From the NCBI GenBank assembly GCA_965368975.1, contig CBDUPA010000008.1:1-64000 (forward strand): a DNA stretch of 64,000 nt, in the 5' to 3' direction. The first letter of the stretch is position 1. Each line of letters starts with the position of its first letter. The DNA is from an uncultured bacterium. GTDB lineage: Bacteria; Acidobacteriota; Thermoanaerobaculia; Multivoradales; JAHZIX01. The notes beneath the pieces were generated by a model. The model ran no database searches and was not told where the DNA came from. It was given only the letters and a program-made list of their open reading frames with translations. The position numbers were made by a program, and so were the translations under genes. Positions 40,434 through 49,685 of this stretch are shown one piece after another.

Positions 40434-41450
40434 TCAAGCTGACTCGGCGACCTCGACCGCGGTGTTCTCGTCGACGTCTTCGAGCAGCCCTTTCTCGCGC
40501 ATCCACTCGTGCGTGAACTTGGAGAGATAGCGTTCTCCGGAGTCCGGGAACAGCGTTACCACCAGCGCATCGGCGTCCAACTCGCGGGCCACCTGGCGGG
40601 CACCCGCGGCGGCTGCGCCTGCCGAGGAGCCGCCAAAGATGGACTCCTTGCGGGCCAGCTCAAAGGCCGTATGGTAGGCCGTGTGGTCGTCGATGCTGAC
40701 GACGTCGTCGATGTAGTCCCACCACACGGTGGTCGGAAGGAAGTCTTCGCCGATACCATCGATCAGGTAGCCGTGGATCTTGTCGGCGGGCGGCATCTCG
40801 CCGGTCTTGCGGTAGTGCGCGTAGACGCTACCGACGGTATCGACACCGATCACCTGGATGTCCGGATTCTGCTCCTTCAGGTACTTGCCCGTGCCGCTGA
40901 TCGTACCGCCGGTACCCATGCCGGCCACCCAGTGGGTGATCTTACCGTCGGTCTGACGCCAGATCTCCGGGCCGGTGGTGCGGTAATGCGCTTCCGGGTT
41001 GGCCTGGTTGTAGTACTGATAGGGCAGATACGCGCCCTCCTCGTCACGGATGCGCTCGGCCACCTTGTAGTACGAGCGTGGATCATCGGCCTCGACGTTC
41101 ACCGGGCACAGGTGCACCTCGACGCCGAAGGCCTCGAGCATGGCTACCTTCTCTTTCGGAATCTTCTCCGCCGCGGTGCAGATCAGCTTGTAGCCCTTGA
41201 GGTTGGCCGCCATCGCCAGTCCCAGGCCGGTATTGCCGGAGGTCGGTTCGACGATGGTGCCGCCCGGCTTGAGCAGGCCAGCCTTCTCGCCAGCTTCGAT
41301 CAGTGCCGGACCGATCCGGTCTTTGACACTGCCACCGGGGTTGCAGGATTCGATCTTGGCGGCCAGCTGGGCGCCCTCGGGGCTGAAGCGTCCGAGGCGT
41401 ACCAGCGGCGTGTTGCCAAGAAGTTCGAGAATGTTGTCGTAGATGTCCAT
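40434..41450 (-). CDS. Cystathionine beta-synthase / cysteine synthase family
   Basis: NPGGSVKDR, EPTSGNTG, GMGTGGT, IDGIGEDF, PDSGERYLSK. Confidence 0.92.
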   Translation of the reverse strand: MDIYDNILELLGNTPLVRLGRFSPEGAQLAAKIESCNPGGSVKDRIGPALIEAGEKAGLLKPGGTIVEPTSGNTGLGLAMAANLKGYKLICTAAEKIPKEKVAMLEAFGVEVHLCPVNVEADDPRSYYKVAERIRDEEGAYLPYQYYNQANPEAHYRTTGPEIWRQTDGKITHWVAGMGTGGTISGTGKYLKEQNPDIQVIGVDTVGSVYAHYRKTGEMPPADKIHGYLIDGIGEDFLPTTVWWDYIDDVVSIDDHTAYHTAFELARKESIFGGSSAGAAAAGARQVARELDADALVVTLFPDSGERYLSKFTHEWMREKGLLEDVDENTAVEVAESA

Positions 41451-41483
41451 GGGGCGAGTTGTTCCAGTCCGTCTCTTGCTTGA

Positions 41484-42965
<1,482 letters not shown>

Positions 42966-43075
42966 GCGCCGCCCGCCTAGATAGGTGCCCGCCTCGTCGG
43001 GCCCCGAGCCTGCCGCGGAGCAGTGCTCAGGCGCGAAGGGGGGGGCGGTGCATAGGGAGCGCCTGAAGCTCCGGT

Positions 43076-43525
43076 TCAGTCTTGCTCTTCCGACCGCACT
43101 GTCACGACCGGGCACTCGGCATGGTGGATGACACGCTGGGCCGTACTGCCGAACACCAGCTGGCCAACGCTGCCGTAGCCGTGGGTGGCCATTACGATCA
43201 TGTCGGCACCGTGGTCGCGCGCGCACCTCAGGATCTCACGATGCGGCACACCAACATGGACGCAGGTCTCGACTTTGATGTCCTGTAGGTGGTCGCTGCC
43301 GTACGTGTCGAGGCTCTCTTCGGCGGTCTTGCAATGGCTCTCGAGCACGGTGTCCCGGTCGAGGTCAGTGGCACCGTACAGGATCGGTGGTAGACGGTCT
43401 TCCACCACGTAGAGCAGGACGACGCGGGCGTCGAGATTGCGTGCCAAGCGACCGGCGGCGTGGACGCCAGCGAGGGCAGCGGGGGAGAAGTCGGTGGTGA
43501 CGAGCAGCGTCTTGAAATCGGACAT
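43076..43525 (-). CDS. Universal stress protein (single domain)
   Basis: LLVTTDFS, DMIVMATHG, GSTAQRVIHHAECPV. Confidence 0.92.
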   Translation of the reverse strand: MSDFKTLLVTTDFSPAALAGVHAAGRLARNLDARVVLLYVVEDRLPPILYGATDLDRDTVLESHCKTAEESLDTYGSDHLQDIKVETCVHVGVPHREILRCARDHGADMIVMATHGYGSVGQLVFGSTAQRVIHHAECPVVTVRSEEQD

Positions 43526-43725
43526 GGTGAGCCTCCTGTCGTTTCACCTTAGAGGGATCGGGCTTCGATGTCCCCACCCGCCGCGGGGAGTCGATACGCC
43601 TACCCATATGGATAGGGCGAGGCCGGATCAGTGGGGGGAGGAGTGAAGTGCGAGACGTGGCATACTGAGTTCGACCGCTTGCAACTACCGCGGTCTCTCG
43701 CTTACGCTCGGACGGAGGTGAAATC

Positions 43726-44655
43726 ATGAAAGCGATCAAGAAGATTCTGTTCCCTACCGACTTCTCCGACTGCGCCAACCAGGCTTTGCCGCATGCGGTT
43801 TTCCTGGCGGAGCAATTCGGGGCCGAGCTGCACATGCTGCATGCGCTGCTGCTGCACGACGAAGATCCCAACAATCCACTGTACAATTTCCCGCAGCCTG
43901 ATGAGGTGTACCGCACTGTTGCGGCGACGGCCGAGAGCCGGATGGGGGAACTTCTGAGGTCGCATCGCTCCGACCAGTTGGTGGTGCGCGAGGTACAGCG
44001 CCGCGGTCTGGCGCCAGGGGTGGTCATCCTGGAATATGCGCAAGAGGCGAGCGTCGATCTGGTGGTCATGGCGACTCACGGCCGCCGCGGCCTCGGGCGC
44101 TTGTTCCTGGGCAGTGTAGCCGAGGAAGTCGTGCGTCTCGCTCCATGCCCGGTCTTGTGTCTACATGGTGAGGAAGCCGCGCGCTCGGTCGATAGCTTCG
44201 ACACGATCCTGGTGCCGGTCGACTTCTCCGACTACTCGCGCCGTGCGTTGCAAGAGGCGATCGAGCTGGCGGATGTGTACGGTTCGAAGCTGCACCTGCT
44301 GCACGTGTTGCAGCAACCCGTGTATCCGCAGGTGTACTATCCCGGCACCAGCGCAGTGCTGGCCTTTGACTACGCCGAAGTCAGTGCCCAGGCTAAGAAG
44401 GGGCTTGTCGATCTGATCGAGGAGTACCCGGAGCTACAGGGGCGCACGGAAGCGTTCGTGCTGGAGGGATACCCGGCGACCGCGATTGCCGAGCACGTCA
44501 AGAAGCACGACGTCGATCTGGTTGTCATTTCGACCCACGGTTTGACGGGATTGAGCCACCTGCTCCTGGGCAGTGTCGCCGAGCGTGTGGTGCGCATGGC
44601 CGAGTGCCCGGTGCTGACGGTCAAAGTTGTCGAGCCGAGCGACGCCGAAGCCTGA
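43726..44655 (+). CDS. Universal stress protein (tandem domains)
   Basis: Two PxDFS...THG...LGSVAE.VVR.A.CPVL units. Confidence 0.93.
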   Translation: MKAIKKILFPTDFSDCANQALPHAVFLAEQFGAELHMLHALLLHDEDPNNPLYNFPQPDEVYRTVAATAESRMGELLRSHRSDQLVVREVQRRGLAPGVVILEYAQEASVDLVVMATHGRRGLGRLFLGSVAEEVVRLAPCPVLCLHGEEAARSVDSFDTILVPVDFSDYSRRALQEAIELADVYGSKLHLLHVLQQPVYPQVYYPGTSAVLAFDYAEVSAQAKKGLVDLIEEYPELQGRTEAFVLEGYPATAIAEHVKKHDVDLVVISTHGLTGLSHLLLGSVAERVVRMAECPVLTVKVVEPSDAEA

Positions 44656-44836
44656 GCCCGCAGATTCGTCTGAGAGAGCCACGCCGAAGGCGGCGAGAGC
44701 CGGCAGGGGCCTTGTGCCGCCGCCGGCTTCTTCGATGTGCCTGGGGATACGTCGCGAGATCCTTGTGCCGGGACCAACCAGGCCCTGTATTGCTGGGAAC
44801 TGTATTGCAGGGAACTGTGACACCCGGTACACTCCC

Positions 44837-44865
44837 TTGACACGACTAATACTCATTGCTAGCAT
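44837..44865 (+). promoter_or_regulatory. sigma70-type promoter of nadABC
   Basis: TTGACA-N17-TAGCAT. Confidence 0.75.
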
Positions 44866-44867
44866 AA
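44847..44867. promoter_or_regulatory. 21-bp NrtR-like operator 1 (overlaps the -10 box)
   Basis: taatactcattgctagcataa, similar to operator 2. Confidence 0.6.
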
Positions 44868-44905
44868 GTCGTGGCCGGTCACACGGCCAATTTTTTAGGC
44901 TCCTA

Positions 44906-44926
44906 TTATACTCATCTTGAGCATAA
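44906..44926. promoter_or_regulatory. 21-bp NrtR-like palindromic operator 2
   Basis: ttatactca-tct-tgagcataa near-perfect dyad upstream of nadA. Confidence 0.7.
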
Positions 44927-44966
44927 GATGAGGCCGCGCAGGAGCCGCAACAATGGAGAACGAGCC

Positions 44967-46019
44967 ATGACCCTTACCAGCCCTGCTACCGGAGGTACGT
45001 CAGCGACCCTGCCGGTGCTCAGCTATACGCTCGAGATCGCTCGCCAAACTGCTCCCATCTACGACCGCATGCGCAGCGTGCTGCCGGAGATCGAGTGGCC
45101 GGTGCATGCACCCTATGTTGCCGAGATCCTGCGCCTGAAGCAGGAGCGCAATGCCGTCGTGTTGGCACACAACTACCAGACGCCCGAGATCTTCCACGGT
45201 GTCGCCGATCTGACCGGTGACTCTCTGGGTTTGGCGCGCATGGCGGCCGAGACGGACGCCGAGGTCATCGTGATGTGTGGCGTCCACTTCATGGCCGAGA
45301 CGGCAAAGCTGCTCAGTCCGGACAAAACGGTGCTGATTCCGGACCTGGATGCCGGCTGTTCCCTGGCTTCGTCGATCACCGGTGAGGACGTGAGGTTACT
45401 GCGCCAACGGTATCCTGGCGTACCGGTGGTCACCTACGTCAACACTTCGGCCGACGTCAAAGCAGAGACCGACGTCTGCTGCACCTCGGCCAATGCCGTA
45501 CAAGTCGTCGAGTCGCTGGGCGTCGACCGAGTCATCTTCCTGCCCGACGAGTACCTGGGCCGCTACGTCGCGCGCCAGACGGAAGTCGAGCTGATCCTCT
45601 GGCGCGGCCATTGCGAGGTGCACGAGCGTTTTTCACCGGACGACATCCGCCGCTTCCGGAGCCAGTATGCGGACCTGCAGGTTCTGGCGCATCCGGAGTG
45701 CCCGCCGGAGGTGTTGGCCGAGGCCGATTATGTAGGTTCTACCTCGGGCATGATCCGCGCGGTGGGAGAGCGCAAGCCGAAGCGAGTGGTGATGATCACC
45801 GAGTGCTCGATGAGCGACAACGTGGCGGTCGAGCATCCGGATGTCGAGTTCATTCGGCCCTGCAACCTGTGTCCGCACATGAAGCGCATTACCCTGCCCA
45901 AGATTCTCCACAGCTTGCAGCACATGGAGCATGAAGTGATCGTGGATCCGTCGATCGTAGAGCGTGCCCGGCTATCCGTCGAGCGCATGCTGGAGATTGG
46001 CCGCGACGCCGGCAACTGA
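44967..46019 (+). CDS. nadA: Quinolinate synthase
   Basis: [41 protein letters not shown]. Confidence 0.97.
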   Translation: MTLTSPATGGTSATLPVLSYTLEIARQTAPIYDRMRSVLPEIEWPVHAPYVAEILRLKQERNAVVLAHNYQTPEIFHGVADLTGDSLGLARMAAETDAEVIVMCGVHFMAETAKLLSPDKTVLIPDLDAGCSLASSITGEDVRLLRQRYPGVPVVTYVNTSADVKAETDVCCTSANAVQVVESLGVDRVIFLPDEYLGRYVARQTEVELILWRGHCEVHERFSPDDIRRFRSQYADLQVLAHPECPPEVLAEADYVGSTSGMIRAVGERKPKRVVMITECSMSDNVAVEHPDVEFIRPCNLCPHMKRITLPKILHSLQHMEHEVIVDPSIVERARLSVERMLEIGRDAGN

Positions 46020-46091
46020 AGCGCATCCATCCCGTAGTTCATTCCCCCCTTCGTTACCTGAATGAGCATCTGTGACCAGAAGGAGACCGAG

Positions 46092-48035
46092 ATGGCCGTG
46101 CTTCCCAGTTTGCCTCCAGCCGTGAAAGGCACCGCGATCGGTGACGGCAGCGCGCCCCGGCTGCGCGTCGAGACTTCGGACGTCGTGGTGGTAGGCGCCG
46201 GTCTGGCCGGTTTGACCGCTGCCCTCGGTCTGTCGCCACGCCGCGTCCGGGTGCTCAGCAAGGCGCCGATCCGGTATGCTCCTCAAGCAGGAACGACCCA
46301 AGGGGAAGCCATCGGGGCGGGCGGTTCGAGTGTCTGGGCCCAGGGTGGCGTTGCGGCGGCGGTCGGTACCGGAGACTCGCCTCGTTTGCACGCCGCGGAT
46401 ACTCTGGCGGCAGGTGCGGGCTTGACCGATGCCGGTATGGCCGCACTGCTCACCGCCGAAGGGCGCGAACGCGTGCGCATGCTGGTCGAGATGGGGGTGC
46501 GCTTCGACCGAGGCGAAGACGGTGAGCTGGCGCTCGGGCAGGAGGGGGCACATAGCGTTCGCCGCGTGCTGCACGCCAACGGGGATGCCACCGGTGCCGA
46601 GATCGTGCGGGCCCTGATGGCGTCGCTGGCAGCCGCGCCGGGCGTCGAGCTTTGCGGCGGCGTGACGGCTCTGGAACTGGTGACCTTGCCTGCCGACGCA
46701 CAGGTCTCGCTGACGCGGCAGGGCGCCAAGCACGCTGCCGTCGAGAAGAGCCCGGTGCACCTGGCCGGTGTTCTGGCGCGTCACGATGACGGCACTTTGG
46801 TGCTCCATCAGGCGCCTGCTGTCGTCCTCGCCACCGGTGGTCTTGGGCGACTCTACCTGCACACCACCAATCCACCGGAGAACACCGGTGATGGACTGGC
46901 CATGGCCGCTCGCGCCGGTGCTCGGCTCGCCGACCTGGAGTTCGTGCAGTTCCATCCGACCGCGCTGGCGGTCGACGATGTCGATCCCCTGCCGCTGCTG
47001 ACTGAGGCGTTGCGGGGTGAGGGAGCGATCCTGGTGGATGCGCAGGGTGAGCGCTTCATGCTCGACGAGCATCCGCTGGCCGAACTGGCGCCCCGAGATG
47101 TCGTGGCCCGCGCCATTCACCGTCGGCGCGAGGCCGGGCAGGAGATCTATCTCGATGCCCGCGAGGCGGTGGGAGAAGCCTTTCCAAGGCGCTTTCCGAC
47201 GGTCTTCGAACTGTGCCGGCGCCATGGCCTGGACCCGCGGTACGAGCAACTTCCGGTGTCGCCAGCGGCTCACTTCCACATGGGAGGTATCGCTACCGAC
47301 GAGCACGGTCGTTCGAGCCTGGATGGGCTCTGGGCCTGCGGCGAGGTCGCCTGCACCGGTGTCCACGGCGCCAATCGCCTGGCTAGCAACTCTCTCCTCG
47401 AAGCTCTGGTTTTCGGGCAGCGGGTTGCGCTGGATATCACTGGTCACCTTGAAGCTGCCGAGCTCGACGCGCCAGGTCTCCTCGCCGGGGAAAAGCAAGT
47501 CGGCACCCGACGACGGATCGACGGGGAGACTGTTCTGGCGCGCGCAAGCCAGCTGGCGGTAGCGTACGCCCGTCAGCTGGCTCCTGAAGTGGAAGCGTTG
47601 TGGATCGGCGAGATCCGACGCTTGGCTTGGCAGCAGCTCGGCCTGGTGCGCGACGAGACTGGGCTGCGATCTGCACTGGCCAGCTACGGTCGCATGGTCT
47701 GGGATCTGCCCGAGGGGAGCGTCACGGCGCGCAACCTTTTGACCCTGGCGCGCTTGCTGGCCAACGCTGCCTTGGCACGGTGCGAGAGCCGCGGTGGACA
47801 CTACCGCTCGGATTTCCCTCGGGCAGACGCCGCCTGGCGCTATCGTCTCTACCATGGAAGCGAGCGCTTGGTGAGTGGAGAAGCCCAGCAGGTGGTCGCT
47901 GATGCAGGTGTCGCTGAGCCCTGCCTGCAGGAGCCGGGCATCCATCCGGCCGCCGGCCGTGAGGCCGGTGCTGCAAGAGCAGCGTTGCTACGGATGACAG
48001 CCGAGGAGCCGCCAGCTCGGGAGGTGCGACTGTGA
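46092..48035 (+). CDS. nadB: L-aspartate oxidase
   Basis: WAQGG, EGAHS.RR..H, QFHPT, TEALRGEG, ELAPRD, HGANRLASNSL, ESRGGH. Confidence 0.95.
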   Translation: MAVLPSLPPAVKGTAIGDGSAPRLRVETSDVVVVGAGLAGLTAALGLSPRRVRVLSKAPIRYAPQAGTTQGEAIGAGGSSVWAQGGVAAAVGTGDSPRLHAADTLAAGAGLTDAGMAALLTAEGRERVRMLVEMGVRFDRGEDGELALGQEGAHSVRRVLHANGDATGAEIVRALMASLAAAPGVELCGGVTALELVTLPADAQVSLTRQGAKHAAVEKSPVHLAGVLARHDDGTLVLHQAPAVVLATGGLGRLYLHTTNPPENTGDGLAMAARAGARLADLEFVQFHPTALAVDDVDPLPLLTEALRGEGAILVDAQGERFMLDEHPLAELAPRDVVARAIHRRREAGQEIYLDAREAVGEAFPRRFPTVFELCRRHGLDPRYEQLPVSPAAHFHMGGIATDEHGRSSLDGLWACGEVACTGVHGANRLASNSLLEALVFGQRVALDITGHLEAAELDAPGLLAGEKQVGTRRRIDGETVLARASQLAVAYARQLAPEVEALWIGEIRRLAWQQLGLVRDETGLRSALASYGRMVWDLPEGSVTARNLLTLARLLANAALARCESRGGHYRSDFPRADAAWRYRLYHGSERLVSGEAQQVVADAGVAEPCLQEPGIHPAAGREAGAARAALLRMTAEEPPAREVRL

Positions 48036-48931
48036 GCGCCGCCGGGACGCCGTTGGAGGAGAAACCAGTCACGCCCCTCTATCCGCTGCTCTATGAGGAT
48101 GTCGTGCACCGCACGTTGAGCGAGGACCTGGGACGTGCCGGCGACCTGAGTGCCGACTCGGTGATCCCGCCTTCGGTACCAGCGCGCGCGTCGATCGTCG
48201 CCCGCCAGGCCGGGCGAATCGCGGGGCTGGACGTGGCGGCATTGGCGTTTCGCTGTCTCGATCCGAACCTCGCCGTCACGCTGCACAGCGCGGACGGTCG
48301 GGATGCCGTGGCGGGAGAGCCCTTGGCGACGGTCGAAGGTGCGGGTCGCTCCGTGCTTTCCGCCGAACGCACGGCGCTCAACTTCCTGGGGCACCTGAGC
48401 GGAGTTGCTACCGCGACGCGTGAGTTCGTCGCACAGGTTGCCGGGACGCGGGCGCGGGTGGTGTGTACGCGCAAGACGACGCCGGGTCTGCGCACGTTGG
48501 AGAAGTACGCGGTGCGCTGTGGTGGCGGCTTCAACCACCGCTTCGGCCTCGACGATGCGGTGATGATCAAGGACAACCACATCGCCGTCGCTGGCGGCAT
48601 CGAGCCGGCAGTACGACGCACGCGCGAGTTCGTCGGTCACATGGTCAAGCTGGAAGTCGAGGTGGACACGCTCGAGCAACTCGACGTGCTCCTACCGCTG
48701 GGCGTCGACGTGGTCCTGCTCGACAACATGTCGCCCGCGATGCTGACCGAAGCCGTGGCGCGTGTACGAACTCAGGCGCCAGGTACGCTGACGGAGGCGT
48801 CCGGAGGCATCACGCCCAACACCGCGGCCGCCGTGGCCGCCAGCGGCGTCGATCTGTTGTCGGTCGGTTGGATCACGCATAGCGCGCCGCGTCTGGACGT
48901 GGCGCTCGACATTCTGTTCGACTCGGTGTAA
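48032..48931 (+). CDS. nadC: Nicotinate-nucleotide pyrophosphorylase (carboxylating)
   Basis: ERTALN, TRKTTPGLR, NHRFGLDD, IKDNH, EVEV, LLDNM, EASGGI. Confidence 0.97.
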   Translation: MSAAGTPLEEKPVTPLYPLLYEDVVHRTLSEDLGRAGDLSADSVIPPSVPARASIVARQAGRIAGLDVAALAFRCLDPNLAVTLHSADGRDAVAGEPLATVEGAGRSVLSAERTALNFLGHLSGVATATREFVAQVAGTRARVVCTRKTTPGLRTLEKYAVRCGGGFNHRFGLDDAVMIKDNHIAVAGGIEPAVRRTREFVGHMVKLEVEVDTLEQLDVLLPLGVDVVLLDNMSPAMLTEAVARVRTQAPGTLTEASGGITPNTAAAVAASGVDLLSVGWITHSAPRLDVALDILFDSV

Positions 48932-48990
48932 GGCCTGACCAAGTGTACTGCCCGACTGGGCGGATTTCTCGTGTGTCCAAGGCTGTGCGA

Positions 48991-49410
48991 TCAAGTGTCA
49001 GTGACGTCGTCGGCCTCGTCTGTGGTGTCACTCTCTTCCGGTAGAAAGCTGCGGGCGGCGGAGAGAAAATCCTCGGCTTCCAACAGATCGCTGTGGCGGT
49101 CGCGGGCGTTGCCTGCGGCCAAGCGTCCTACCGCACGCACGCGGCTGAGCGCTTGATCTTGCCACTCCTGCCACTGTCGGAAGACCTCACTGTGTGCCCG
49201 TGGCAAGAAGTACTCCCGCACCGCACGCACGGCTTCCACAGACAAGCGTAGCCGGCCCGTACCTTGGCCGAAGGCGACGTAGACCTGGCCGGTGATGTCG
49301 GCCAGCAGGTCGTCGAGTCGTCCCGGATCCCGATCCTCGAGGCTACGCATATGGCGCACCTGACGTACGTCGGGCAAGGGTAGAACACGGGATGCATCAC
49401 TCATCGACAT
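48991..49410 (-). CDS. Small hypothetical protein with divergent histone-fold signature
   Basis: GGAGGAGGA RBS before ATG 49410; RLSVEA and ARDRHSDLLEAEDFLSAARSF align by eye to histone-fold L1/a2 and L2/a3. Confidence 0.6.
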   Translation of the reverse strand: MSMSDASRVLPLPDVRQVRHMRSLEDRDPGRLDDLLADITGQVYVAFGQGTGRLRLSVEAVRAVREYFLPRAHSEVFRQWQEWQDQALSRVRAVGRLAAGNARDRHSDLLEAEDFLSAARSFLPEESDTTDEADDVTDT

Positions 49411-49577
49411 TTCATCAATCCTCCTCCGATCTCTCAAAACATAGGCATGGAAATATCTGCCGAAGAGAGTCCCATGATGCCGGCCTTCACCGGAATCAGT
49501 CTTCGATCGACGGCAGAGATGAACGTTCGTCTTGGAGAGTGGAACGGTAAAATTGGGGGGGACCGTCCTGTACGAAG

Positions 49578-49586
49578 ATGATAGCA
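49578..49586 (-). promoter_or_regulatory. Extended -10 element (TGnTATCAT) upstream of the histone-fold-like gene
   Basis: Minus strand TGCTATCAT in an AT-richer intergenic region. Confidence 0.4.
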
Positions 49587-49625
49587 GACGGAAGGCCTCT
49601 TTAAAGGCAATGCAGAAAGGCAGCG

Positions 49626-49657
49626 CTTGCAGGGAGCGACGAGACGATCCCTGCAAG
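49626..49657. terminator. Stem-loop downstream of the usher-like gene
   Basis: cttgcaggga-N12-tccctgcaag; no clear U-tract. Confidence 0.45.
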
Positions 49658-49685
49658 TCGTTGGCCCTGCTAGTCGTCGGCCCTG

